DNA of 63,346 nt, filler included, from Octopus bimaculoides (GCF_001194135.2; 5 parts of 4 records of this genome joined end to end with filler, not necessarily neighbours in it); one strand, 5' to 3'; counted from the first letter of the whole stretch, positions 1 to 13,261 are shown. The notes: a model not told the origin generated them from the letters alone. Program-made: numbers and translations.

Positions 1-9
1 CAAACATAA

Positions 10-70
<61 letters not shown>

Positions 71-71
<1 letters not shown>

Positions 72-1666
72 ACACTAGATAAAGCCAATGAAATAACAGA
101 ACTAGACGAAAGCCAACCATACAAATATTTAGGAGTCAATGAACTAGATAGGATACAGCACACACAAATGAAAGAAAAAATAAAGAAAGAGTACTATAGA
201 CGAGTTAGATCAATGCTAAAAACAGAGCTCAATGCTAAAAACAAGATAATGGGTATAAACACTTTAGCTATCCCAGTTATAAGCTACAACTATAATATCC
301 TTAACTGGACACTAAACGAACTATCAAAAATAGACAGGAAAACAAGAAAAATAATGACAGGATATAGGATGCACCACCCAAAATCTGACATAGAAAGGCT
401 ATATATACAATGCACAAAAGGTGGCAGGGGTCTTATACAGTTGGAAAACTATTATAAAATAACCATAGGACTGCAAAAATACCTACTCCAGAAGCAAGGA
501 AAACTAATACAAATAGCCACAAAACATGAGCAAAACAAAAAACTGTTTTCAGTATTTAAGGAAGCTGACAAATACAAACAAGAAATCATACTACCTAACA
601 AATACGAAGAAGAAGAAGAAGAAGAAGAAGAAGAAGAAGAAGAAGAAGAANNNNNNNNNNNNNNNNNNNNNNNNNNNNNNNNNNNNNNNNNNNNNNNNNN
701 NNNNNNNNNNNNNNNNNNNNNNNNNNNNNNNNNNNNNNNNNNNNNNNNNNNNNNNNNNNNNNNNNNNNNNNNNNNNNNNNNNNNNNNNNNNNNNNNNNNN
801 NNNNNNNNNNNNNNNNNNNNNNNNNNNNNNNNNNNNNNNNNNNNNNNNNNNNNNNNNNNNNNNNNNNNNNNNNNNNNNNNNNNNNNNNNNNNNNNNNNNG
901 CAGCACAAGACCGAAGCCTCCCCACCAGAAATTACCAAAGACATATAATGAAAAGAAACATAACAAGTAACTGTAGAATATGTACAGATGGACAAGAAAC
1001 AATAAATCATATTATCTCTGGCTGCCCAGTCCTGGCTAAGAAGGATTATATTCACAGACACGAGAGAGCTGGGACCTATAGACGCTGGAAGCTATGCCAA
1101 CACTATGGAATAACAACAGAAAAAAGATGGTATAAACACACGTCAGAAAAGGTCACGGAAAACGGGAAAGCAACCATACTCTGGGATATGCCAATACACA
1201 CAGATAGAGAAATTAAGGCAAATAGACCAGATATAGTTGTCAAAGGTTATGAAGAAAAAAAATGCTTTCTAATTGATGTATCAATACCAGCAGATGACAA
1301 CGTTTCCCTAAAAGAAATGGAAAAACTTTCAAAATAGAAAGACCTGGAAATAGAGGTAAGTCGACAGTGGAATCTAAAAACAGAAACAATTGCTATCATA
1401 GTAGGTGCCTTAGGTACAATAAAAAAATATTCAGACAAATACATAACAAAAACACCAGGACTTACAAATATATATAACATACAGAAAATTGCACTACTGG
1501 GCACTGCACACATCCTACGCAAAACACTTTCAATACAGTAACCATAAGAGCATCACAGCAAACCACAGCACATACCCAAGGCGCACAGAGCTGCGCTCGG
1601 TAGTGAAGTGAAAGCACGTTATAAAAATAAAGCTACTGAACAATAATAATAATAATAATAATAATA
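71..1666 (+). mobile_element. R4/Dong-like RLE non-LTR retrotransposon, 5'-truncated copy 1 (RT C-terminus, CCHC finger, restriction-like endonuclease, 3' UTR, (AAT)n tail)
   Basis: The frame from 72 reads PYKYLGV..KEKIKKEYYRRVRSMLKTELNAKNK, then CRICTDGQETINHIISGC, RPDIVV..CFLIDVSIP. One premature TAG at 1335-1337 is followed in frame by IIVGALGTIKK..QKIALLGTAHILRK to TAA 1539-1541. (AAT)n lies on both sides. Gap at 651-899. Confidence 0.88.
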
Positions 1667-2680
1667 AACCTGGAAGTTAACCACCTGTTGCCAGAATAGC
1701 AGAAGGGATGCTGCAAGAGCTCATGCGTCTGTACAGATCAATTAATGATCAATAAAGCCATATCTGAAGACAGCCGCAGAAAGAAATAATGCCTCAGTAT
1801 GGCCTGGATCGACTATCGAAAGGCTTTTGACACTAGCCATAAACAAGGTGGCATCAATTATTATAAAATACATAAGACACTCTATGAATGAATGGCAGAC
1901 AGTGCTACGGCACCAAACAAAAGAGGGACTCGTGAAAACGAAAGCCATCCCCATTACAATAGGAATATTCCAGGGAGACACGCTCTCCACTCCTTTTCTG
2001 CTTGGCACTCACACCTTTAACTGACTTTGCTAAATAGAAGTGGATGCGGATACAAATGTTAAGGCAAAACAATCATCCACCTTTTATATGTGGATGACCT
2101 AAAATTATACTCTAGAAATGATAGAGAGCTGGAAACACTACTACAGACAGTATATGGATTTACCAAGGAAATAGATATGAAATTCCGATTAGAAAAATGT
2201 GCCACAACTACGCTGAAAAGAGGAAAACTAGTTAAGAGTAGCAACATCACACTAGATAAAGCCAATGAAATAAGAGAATTAGATGAAAGCCAGCCATACA
2301 AATATTTAGGAATCAATGAACTAGATAGGATACAACACACAGAAATGAAAGAGAAAATAAATAAAGAATACAATAGACGAGTTAATCAATACTAAAAACA
2401 GAGCTCGATGCTAAAATCACGTTAATAGATATTAACCGTCCCAGTTATAAGTTACAGCAACAATATACTAAACTGGTCACTAATGAAACTTCTAAAATAG
2501 ACAGCAAAACAAGAAAAATAATGACAGGATCGAAGCTGTACCAGCCAAAATCTGACATAGAAAGGCTATATATATACAACGTACAGAAGGTGGTAGGGGT
2601 CTTCTACAGCTGGAAAACTATTATAAAATAACCACCATAGGACTGCAAAAATACCTACTTCAGAAGGAAGGAAAACTAAT
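1667..2680 (+). mobile_element. R4/Dong-like retrotransposon copy 2 (frameshifted RT core, 3' end missing)
   Basis: Across frames: DQLMINK, WIDYRKAFD, GIFQGDTLS, VDDLKLYS, KFRLEKC, PYKYLGI. About 2245-2680 is clearly homologous at DNA level to about 71-500 of copy 1. Confidence 0.85.
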
Positions 2681-2739
2681 CAGTTTGTTGCTGATAATAA
2701 AGGCTTATTAACTTCGACATCTCCATTTTGTCTTTCTTC

Positions 2740-2787
<48 letters not shown>

Positions 2788-4277
2788 CCTCAACATTGCA
2801 TCTTATTGGAAAGAAAGGGTGGAACTGGAGAGGACAGATATCTCTTAATCATTGAGATTGTGTCGTTTTGACGCACACGTGAGATGCACAAACTGAGTAA
2901 GCAAATAGACTGTTGACGAATTAACTGAGAGGAAATAAATTGACAAAATTGTAAGACGAATCCTCAGTACATACGTTAGTAATTAACTATAATTGTGTTC
3001 CTCTTTACCCCTTTAGCCGAGAGGATATTCCACATGATTACAGTTCGTGGGAAAATATTGGGCTCGACAATGAGTGCGTTAGGAGTGTAATTAGCAAGAT
3101 GGTATAAGAATATCCAGCTCATGTGTGTTTGGCAGTGACTATATCTGTGGGAGTAGCACCATCACTCCTCCAGGTATAGGAGAAATACTCCGCTGTGTGC
3201 CTCATTCGAGTTTTGTATATATGGAGCTGTTACAGTCAGCTGGAATACTTTTCTGGCGCGAGAAATGTCAGACGTTGCAATGCGGGAGTTTGTATTTTAA
3301 GAAATGGCTTTCTACAAGAATTTGTAGTGACCGTTGGACATTTAACCGAGCGTGTTTGTGTTTTCTGCATATGAGCAGTACGTGAAATTTTTAGTTAAGT
3401 TACAAAATGTAAGCGGCTCCTATACAGAACATGGTTCCACAAAAGGATAATCTCGAGTTGTCAACAGTACATATTGTACATAATTGATGCTTGTACTCAC
3501 GTGAATCATGCAGGACAGTATTTCATGATGATACTAACAAATAGGTCATGGAGAAACAGAAGACAGAGTGTGGCGAACAAAACCGAACTTTGTACCACGA
3601 CAAATTTCATTGAGAGTGGAACAGAAATGGCTCCGTTACCACGTACAACGATTGTGTCACCTGGCTCTTGTCCACTGGTACAAAACAAACCTGGAGATAT
3701 TGGCATTCTATTTAATAAATATTAATCTTAGCAATGCAAAATTACATTTCTCAGCTCACAAATACTTATTTACTCGAGGCAGAATATTGATAAAACGATT
3801 TTGAAAATCATAAGACAATGCAGCAGATATAATTATCTATGAAAAGAATCAAGGCAATTTCTAATCAGAATATTTACAAGGAATATAAGCCCAAATGCAG
3901 TAACTATTGAGTAATCATGTTGAATATTAATTCCCCAGTTCGTAAATGTAAATATAACTCTTTAATGATAATACTTCAACACCAATATTTTATTGTTTTT
4001 GTTCTTTATTATTTATGTATTCGATACATTCAATGATTAGTTATACATTACGTAATATATTTGATGCAAACTGCGTTATGTGTTAAGGGCTCCTATAATC
4101 AAACCACTTAAAACCAAGAACTCTGTTGCAGTCAAAAATTATAGTATAATTTCAATTGTATTTGAATTTCATGATGCCATAAAATATACGCGTTGTATTA
4201 AACATTTTAATACATGCACAGAGACACAAATACTGACACAAGTATTTATAACACACACACACAATATATATGTATAT

Positions 4278-4316
<39 letters not shown>

Positions 4317-5014
4317 NNNNNNNNNNNNNNNNNNNNNNNNNNNNNNNNNNNNNNNNNNNNNNNNNNNNNNNNNNNNNNNNNNATATATATATGAATATAT
4401 TGTGATGTTCTATTCTGTAGCGTTAACAGATTGCACTCAATTTAAACAGAATATAACATGGAGCAACAAGAAGATTTGTAGAACATATTTTCGTGCTCTT
4501 CTATAAAAGTTGGCTCTGCGTTGGGGTGGAAGCTAAGATGAAAGATTGTTATGTCTCTGCAAACAATAACCCTCTGATTTTATCGGCTACAGTTCCCTAG
4601 AGCTGACTGTGCATCTCTTCGAGGTGGTGGTATTAAATTAGACATGACATGAGTCGACTTCGGCCGAAACTCATCTAAGTAATCTAATCTATGCCGTAAC
4701 CTTTTAATCAAAGCATGACAACGTGGGTACAGGCTTATATCTTAACACTTTTGATGGTCCTATTTATAAGAAAATATTATTAATGATTTGTATAAAACTA
4801 CATTCAGAGTATGTCTATAAGCCATTGTGTTTAGACCTGGTTTTAATAAAGCAATCCGAAATTAGAAAAATCAAAAAATCTGCAACAATCTCAGTCCCAT
4901 GAGTATCGGATAATGGATTATCAATTGTGTAAATAAACTGATTGCGGTGATCGTAATTTTGACGGTGATTTTGGTGAAAGCAGTGACATTGTTGATGATG
5001 ACGATGGTCGAGAT

Positions 5015-5250
5015 GTTGTACGATTGTTGACATTTAGAAATAGTTTAGTGGAACATGCACATTGCTTCCAAAGCATGTGACACACATTTGAGAATGATTG
5101 CAACCTCAGCTAAAATCGGATCAAACTGAGGAAAAACCTCTAGAAAAAAACGGCGTTGGTTTAGAAAATTGGGTGATTTCCAGCATGCATGTAAATGAGT
5201 GGAAATGAGCTGCTTGGCGGAGGTCTGCGCTCCTCGAGGGCTTTTCTAGT
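5015..5250 (+). mobile_element. Putative non-autonomous Helitron 3' end
   Basis: A GC-rich hairpin-capable GCGGAGGTCTGCGCTCCTCGAGGGC is followed by CTAG (5246-5249) and T. The 5' extent is unknown. Confidence 0.4.
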
Positions 5251-5407
5251 TGTTACTTTTTATTAACCACAAATAATAAAGGCTAAAGTTAAGTTTGATA
5301 GAATTCAAACGTAGAGAATCGAGACAAATGCTACGAAACCTGCTATCCAGCTTTCTAATGATGCAGCTACTTCGTCCCATTTACATACATACCTATTAGA
5401 TATATCT

Positions 5408-5460
<53 letters not shown>

Positions 5461-5948
5461 TACATACATACATACATGCACACACACATATATATCGTTA
5501 AAACGCTATCTGAGTCACCTAGTAACGAAAAGAATAATTTTATATGCTGTGTTTTCCAGTTCCATTGATATCATCCTTGTATTTACATAACGACATTAGA
5601 AAACAGACGAACAGGAAGCGGGGAAGTGGGATTAAATAATTTCTGATCTCTCGTCATTTTGCCCCTACCTGTTTGAAGCTATTTCATTGCAAGTATTTCG
5701 TCATCATTTTGTACCGTCGCATCAAATTTGGCAATAATTATTGGTCAGTATAATTGTTGTTGTTGTTGTTGAAGTTGAGAAAGCTTGAAATTTAGTCAGC
5801 TGATAAGTACTTTTTTTTTCTAGAGGTTTTTCCTCAGTTTGATGCGATTTTATCTGAGGTTGCAATCATTCTCAAATGTGTGTCACATGCTTTGGAAGCA
5901 ATGTGCATGTTCCACTAAACTATTTCTAAATGTCAACAATCGTACAAC
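5015..5948. repeat. Inverted repeat pair, arms of about 136 bp (5015-5150 / 5813-5948)
   Basis: Near-identical reverse complements; the same peptide QSFSNVCHMLWKQCACS appears on both strands in the ORF track. Confidence 0.85.
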
Positions 5949-8304
5949 ACCATCACATGAAATACTGTGGATATATTTATTAACCAGCGACTTTGAAAAA
6001 CGACATAAAAGCGCCAAGCTTTATTCCACATATATAACATTTTTAGTGGCAGGAATCGATTTCTTACATCTATTATCTGTCTTTTTAATATCAACCTACT
6101 CCGTTTCACCTCTAATTCTATACATGTAATTAACGTCAAAGTAAACACCGCCACCGATTAGGAAAAATATTCCAGGGAATTTTATCACTCAAAATCCATC
6201 TCCTTTTTGTCATAGTTTTTAATTCAAACTTAATTTTTCATTCGAAACTGTATACACTACTTACGCTTTGGTGACTCCTGAAAGTGACAGTCACCTCGTT
6301 CCTCCTATAAATTACTTTGTAACCATGTAGAAATATATTAAAGCCAGACATCACACACAGAAAATCACATCACACTAGAAGCTAGCTGAGAAACAAGATA
6401 AATAAAACTAATAAATAAATTCTCCAAAAGCGTACTTCATGGCTGCTAATAAGATGTTCATTTTCGAAAAAGTTTCGCTCTCATGAACACAATCATGCAA
6501 TTAACTTGGATTGGAATGATGGCTTTCCATAATAATCATTACTAATCTGATTTTATGGCGACGAGATATCGTCGAAGGCTGCTATGCGAGCGTGATAACA
6601 CTGCAGAACAGTAGTTGAAGAACTGCAAGAAATTACATAGAATGTACAGAGATATGAACAGATTACTACAAAGCAAGAATAAATACAAGATTAATTTTCA
6701 TCTTCAAATTGAAAAAGAAGTTAATTTCCATTGTAATGTTACTTCTGTACCTGTTTTAGCAATAAGAGACATGCATTGATTTATTTTGCATTTTTACAAA
6801 TCTAAGTTTGCATGTGTAAGAATCCGTAGAAACTAGGATATTGCTGGTTTATGATGCATCAACGGAAGGCAGTTGAAAATCAGTAGGATTTTAATTCTTA
6901 ACTAAACCTCTGGTGTCCATAATCCCTATAAATAATATAACTTGGCAATTTCCATTGTTAAAAGAATAAAAATAAATATGTTGTTCATAGATACATTATT
7001 TAGTTACAAAATAGTGATGACATCTAAATAAATTGCACAATATACACCTCAACGAAAATACATTCTTGTTCTATTGACACTTTTCTGAATTTGTTATATC
7101 AGACTACTCTGAACTGAGATCTACTCAACTGAATGTGGGTTTTCTTTTAGATATTTATACAAAACGTTGGTTTCAAATTATGGCATTGTGCCAGCAATTT
7201 CGAAGGAGCGGGGAAAATCGATTCTAGCGCTCAACTGGTACTCATTTTATCGACCTCGAAATGATAAAAGGCAAAGGCGGACGAAATGCCGTTAAACAGT
7301 TTGCCCGCAGAGATTACAACCCTGCCAACTCATCGCCATAGATTTCTAGATAAGAATTACAATGAAAATATTTTCGTTCCACTCGCATTGAGCTCACTAT
7401 GTATTTTCTGGAAATTTAAAATCATATATCGTGCAATGTTTCATAAGTTGTAAACTATCCCTATTGATATTATATATAGTTAACATTTTCACATCAAGGG
7501 GAAAGGGAAAATTAAGATTTGAAATTCAGTGTAGTTCATACTTCAGTATATAATTATATCCATCCAAAGTTTCATAGACGAAGGGGGCCACATATGCAGC
7601 AGAGAAATTTGCTTCTAAAGTTAATATAGCTCTCTGGCATCTTACCTCTCGCTAGAATGAGTTGACTATTGGCTTCGCTTTGAGAAAGTCGCGCAGGCTT
7701 TAATATCATTTTCCATTCTGCTGAAGGTCTGGACACAATTGTCACTAAGTTAATTGTATGTAGGTAGAGGGTGGTCGACAATGAAGAGTTTATATTTTTT
7801 AGTCTGTTACATGAGCTGTACACATGATATTCGCTGACCTTGATGATCTGATGACGTTCTTTTACACATCATCAGTGGATAAAACACTGGAAATAACAAA
7901 AGAGAGGGATAAAGAAGTTGGGAATGCCTGAATGAAACTGTCATGAAACTGCCGTGCACCGAAGATTAAAGTCCTGTGTAGACAATACGTCAAGATCTAT
8001 TATATTTATAGATAAAATATTTTTATTGACCTCGGTTGGGTGAAAGAACAGGTGAAACTGCGGGGAATTTGAACCAAAACCATAAAACAACAGAACCAAA
8101 TTTAATCTGACATTCTACAATAACTGCCTCTTTAACTGATGTTTGAACTCATTTCACAGAATTGTTTAAGCTGCTAATGTTAGGTTAACATGTTGTATAC
8201 ATATGTTTTGTTAGATTGTTCATATTATTTTATATAAATTTTATAAAGTGCGTTGCAATAAAGATTTCTAACATTTTGTATGTGTGTGTGTTTGAGTGTG
8301 TTTA

Positions 8305-8505
8305 GTATTGGTTTCAAATCTTGGCACAAGACCAGCAAGTTTGATGGAGGCGGCTAGTCGATTACATCGACCAAAGTGCTCGAGTGGTATTTATTTTATC
8401 GACCCATTAAAGATGAAAGGCAAAGTCAGAACGTGAAAACGGATGAAGTGCCGCTAACCATTTTTGCCGGCGTTCTAACGATTCTACCAGCTCACCACCT
8501 TACTA
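8305..8505 (-). mobile_element. SINE family A copy
   Basis: Reverse complement of family A. Other decayed copies lie at about 7168-7338(-), 41975-42105(+), 43930-44170(+), 52780-52975(-) and 61620-61735(-). Confidence 0.7.
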
Positions 8506-8872
8506 AACATAATAATATGTGTACCCATCTGTTCCAATAAGCAATACTGAATCTTCGATAAATCTGCATGTATTCTCAGGGATATTTGTACATTCTAGAC
8601 ATCTTTAAGATATGTTGAAGCCGAATTGCCCATGATTCTAAAATTTATGGATCCTCCCTGTCTGGCTTTGAAATTTTAAAATTGATAAAAATAATTCAAA
8701 CTTGATATATTGATGTACTTTTTCACGCTGATTCTGATGTTATTAATTAATTGTTCCAGAATTTGAAAGTTGGTATTTTATGTGATCACAACATTGACAA
8801 CAACATAACGAGAGCAAAATATTCAACGACGGAAGATTTAATAAGTTTTAATGAATAAAGTTATGTGAAAAG

Positions 8873-9760
8873 TTGGAACTAGCACATAACGCGAAGACGT
8901 ATGAGAAAGAAAAACAGAAACTGGACCTGAAAGTTAAATTACAAAAAAATCAACTGAACCTGGTCCTTAAGGTTATCTTCAATGTTATAAAGAACCAAAT
9001 TCATCTCAACAACACTGAGAAAAAACGGTTGAAAGTATTAACTATAGATTCCATTACCTTTCTGCGCTCAGATCAGCGGATCCGTTTCAAGAAGAACAAG
9101 AAACTTCCTTTGAGAGATGAAAAGTGAAACGGAGTTTGGGTGGTGACTGCAGATTTACCAGGGTACCAGGTTGCAGACTTACCCATCCCAGTTGCAAAAA
9201 AAAAAAAACCAGACATTTTAATGTGGTCTGAAGGAAAGAAAGGTGTAAATGTATTCGAGTTAACAGTTCTCAAGAAGATAACATGGACACCGCTCTGGCA
9301 CGAAAGATTGACCATTATGTAAACCTCCTCGAGGAATGTGAAGACAGGCTGGAAAGTGGAGCATTTTCCAATCGAAGTCGGATGTAAAGGGTTTGTTGGA
9401 CACAGTGTTAGACGACTGTTGTTATCGATAGGCCTAACTCATCGTAAGGTAAATATTACCATGACCGATATCCAAACTACAGTGGAGAAGGGCAGCCACT
9501 GGATTTGGTTAAAAAGAGACAATGAGCGAAGCTAGAGAAATATCGAGCTTTATTTAATAACCAGTTGATCAAGAAAACAGGACCTCATATCAATGAGGAG
9601 GGCCAGTGTCCATTAATGCCGTCGAGCGGTAGGCCCCAAACGGCGCCCATTCTCTTCTGATGTCTCCATACACTTGCTGGTATCCGGTATGCGGAGTTCT
9701 CGACTGGTCGCACTTGCATGTGCAAGTTATTTGCAAGACATCACGAAAATACAAAAGCTG
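8873..9760 (+). mobile_element. HERO-like RLE non-LTR retrotransposon 3' fragment (degenerate endonuclease domain)
   Basis: Across frames: WVVTADLPG..PDILMWS..VNVFELTV, GWKVEHFPIEVGCKGFVGHS, EKGSHWIWLKR. These match the PD..ELTV / IEVGCRGF / W.W.KR motifs of HERO-clade elements. The 3' boundary is approximate. Confidence 0.72.
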
Positions 9761-11467
9761 TAGTTAAGTTCATGCAGATCAATGGGCCCTGGGAAAATTC
9801 TGGTGGTGTGTGGGAACCAACATTATTCTTTGTTTTAGAGGGAGCATGGAAATGTGAAAATCTTCTTTTCACATCAAACATACTACACTCAACGTAGCGT
9901 AACCAATCCATCCTGCGAAGCATACTGTTTGAAGAACGTTTGCTAGAGTATAGCGCTATTCTAATGACTTAGCGTGGATATTTCTTTACAGAACTGATGT
10001 TATGAGAAGTCGAAAAATTATGAATCTTTTTACAAATTTTATATAAATGGCATGGCGATTTCCTGTAAAATGAATTTAATGTGGTTCGAAAAATGAGTTT
10101 ATTCTGAGCTCATCATGCTTTTGCAACTGAAATGATAAAACACAAAGAGATAACAAACCCGCGGTTTCAAGTGTGAATAAATATTCAAGAAAATATTTAA
10201 ATCTTTCACTTTCTATTGAAAAGAATGTTTCTTGACGCTTCAATTAGGCTAACACATTCGAACTTTGTTTTGTATCATTAAGTCACGGTAGCGTCTATGT
10301 AGCATTGACAAGCTTTCATATACTTGATACTTTTCGTTAAAGGTCTAAGAAGGTATGAAATGTAATGAAAAAAAGAAGTTTATTAAACATAGTTTGACCT
10401 TCAACTGAACTGAAAATCGAATTTGGATTTCCCTAAGAATCTTCATTTTGTATATGAAATCAAATCCACCCGTAACTATAAATCATTCATATAGGTACAC
10501 ATTTAATTTCAGCTTGTTTCTTAAAATATCGTATATACGCAGGTTCAGAATTTGTTTATCGGTGTATGCATGTGTTTGTGTATGTGTGTGTGTACGTATG
10601 TTCTTCGTGATTACTGTTTATGTACAATGGCTCAAAACCAAAAACAAAAACTTTATTAACTTGATTTTTAACATGCTTATTTAATTCAATTCACTTATGG
10701 TACTAGTGCAGTTATTTTCATGTAGGAAATCTTTTATTTGTTTTGTATTATTTTTAATTTTGTGAATATTTCTTTGCCCTAAGCTACATTTGAGCTTTAT
10801 TTTATGACTGTTTTTTATACCTTTTAAGAAGTACACATTATTTAACATAGACCTTTATTGTGCACTAGAACTGATCATACATACCAGTATCGCAAATAGT
10901 ACACTGACGTAAAATAATTATGTACTATATGTTTACTGTGGTCTAATCAATAAGTACCCGGACAGTTTCCATAGTAATAAGGCTAAAGTACGCAAAGTTG
11001 CTTGGTACAGTTTGATCTTGAACACAGACAAAAAATACACACAAACATACACACACACATGCATATATNNNNNNNNNNTATGTATACATGAGTGGGTTCT
11101 TTCAGTTTTCGTCTACCAAATCAATTTACAGGGCACATAAGCAAAGTAGTGGGTTAGCAGATCTGTATAAGAGATGAATGTAGTAACTATACTGAGAGTT
11201 AATGTTTGTTGCCGCATCAATATAGCTGTTTTAACGTTTTAACTCCCACGAAGAGCTTCCTCCAGCTGGCTATCGATGCAATCTGTACCCTGTATATATT
11301 GCAAGCAGAGGAGCGAACCCTACCATGTTATAGCAGACGACGGTATAATCAGACCAAACGGTTTCGGGATATTTGTTTCCATCTTCACCCATGAAGATAT
11401 GGCATCAAAGTAGTTTGGACAAGATAATAACAACAGCAACAAAATCAACAACAACAATAAAGAAAAC

Positions 11468-11585
11468 AAACTATGCTGGATCAGAGATATAGCATGCCCA
11501 GAAAGAAAGCAAACTATGCTGGACCATCGATATAGCATGCCCAGGAATAAAACGAACTATGCTGGATCATAGATGTAGCATGCGA
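11468..11585. repeat. Minisatellite, 3 x 43-44 bp with internal inverted ATGCT/AGCAT
   Basis: AACTATGCTGGA.CA..GAT.TAGCATGC repeated at 11468, 11511 and about 11554. Confidence 0.8.
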
Positions 11586-11779
11586 TAAGGAAGAAAGAAA
11601 AGTCGAGAGATATGAGAGATTAGCTTGGGATGTTAAGCAGACCGATATAATAAGTACTAGGCTTACAAAGAATAAGTCGTGGGTCGATTTTGTCGACTAA
11701 AGGGGGTGCTCCTGCATGGCCACAGTCAAATGACTGAAACAAGTAAAAGAGTAAAAATAGTAAAAGAGTATATACATAA

Positions 11780-12190
11780 AAATCATCTGTGTTAACGAGG
11801 TTGCATAGCAACAGCCGTCCAAGGCTTGTCAGAACACCGGCCACGTGGGAAGAGTAGAGAGAGAGGTAGAGGCAGAGAGAAAAAAGAATTAAGGAAGGAC
11901 GAGAAAAATTGACAGGGACAAAGTGGAGTGAAACATGGGGGGAAAATGAGCAAGACGAGAAGGTAAGGAAATAGGAGAGAGGGGGGGGGGAGAACGAAGA
12001 GTGGAATGAATGAAAAATAGTGAAAGGACTGATAGACAGAGATAGAGTCGTACAAGATATAGAAAAATGTATACTTACATATAAGAGCCCAAAGTGTACG
12101 TAGGCCGCCATATATATATATAATACAAAATGGGACGAGGACGCAAAACATCCAGACAGTTAGATGATACAAGAAAGGGACAGCAGCTTT
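11780..12190. repeat. Family E repeat fragments
   Basis: See 56415-57135. Confidence 0.55.
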
Positions 12191-12233
12191 GTAAACGGGG
12201 ACATGCACATGCGTTCACAAATATATAAATGTA

Positions 12234-12394
12234 GGCGTAGGAGTAGCGGTGTGGTTAGAAGCTTGCTTCCCACCCACGTGGTTCCAGGTCTAGTCTCAAG
12301 GCAAGTTTTAACGTTTTATAGCTTCGAGCCGAACAATGCCTAGTCAGTGAATTTGGTAGACTTAAACTGAAAAATGCTCGTCATATATATATAC

Positions 12395-12427
<33 letters not shown>

Positions 12428-12460
12428 CGTGTGTGTGTGTGTATGTGTGTGTGTGTGCGC

Positions 12461-12491
<31 letters not shown>

Positions 12492-12705
12492 CGTGTGCTA
12501 TGTATTTTTTGTCTGTGTTTGTCACCCCCCCCACCATTGATTGCCAACCGATGTTGGTGTGTTTCGGCAAAAGAGAACGGTAGGATAAGTGCTAGGCTTA
12601 CAAAGAATAAGTCTTAGGGTTGATTTGTTCTACTGAAGGCGGTGCTTTAGCATGACTACAGTCAAATGGCTAAAAGACTAAAACAAGTAAAAGAAGAAAA
12701 GAATA
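12234..12705 (+). mobile_element. SINE family B copy
   Basis: Homologous to 51524-51930. A 3'-only piece lies at about 11615-11775. Confidence 0.72.
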
Positions 12706-12844
12706 TATATAGTTGATGTTTACTATTTCTGTGTCCCCTCCATTTTCTTTTTGCCGTGTATAAACATACATAGATACAAACATACACACACACATACATA
12801 CAAACACACATATCTAAATGGTACGTATATATGCATGTATATAT

Positions 12845-12882
<38 letters not shown>

Positions 12883-13024
12883 NNNNNNNNNNNNNNNNNN
12901 NNNNNNNNNNNNNNNNNNNNNNNNNNTTAATTAATTAANNNNNNNNNNNNNNNNNNNNNNNNNNNNNNNNNNNNNNNNNNNNTATATATATATGTGTATA
13001 TATAAATATTTATTTTATTCTGTT

Positions 13025-13211
13025 ATTTGTTTCAGTTATTTTGACTGCGGCCATGCTGGAGCACCGCCTTTTAGTCGAGCCAATCGACCGCAGGACTTAT
13101 TCTTTGTAAGCCTAGTACTTATTCTATCGGTCTCTTATGCCGAATCGCTAAGTTACGAGAACGTAAATACACCAGCATCGATGTCAAGCATGGATACACA
13201 CACAAACATAT

Positions 13212-13261
<50 letters not shown>

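Noticed and set aside
3474-3725. Possible GPCR TM7 and tail (THVNHAGQYFMMILT)
   Set aside because: Only a three-residue NHA resemblance, with no upstream TM pattern and several stops.
4640-4682. Further hammerhead-like strings (also about 20160-20200, 33770-33810, 44483-44505, 47168-47222)
   Set aside because: Each lacks an intact CUGANGA core, GAAA or GUH in the right spacing, and could arise by chance.
11468-11585. CRISPR-like look of palindromic repeats
   Set aside because: Only three units, no unique spacers of repeat-like length, no cas genes, and a eukaryotic context.
12927-12938. TTAATTAATTAA islands inside N runs (also 38467-38478, 54554-54565, 62140-62151)
   Set aside because: An identical 12-mer sits in the middle of gaps of about 100 bp and gives stops in all six frames. 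It is a scaffolding spacer, not biology.
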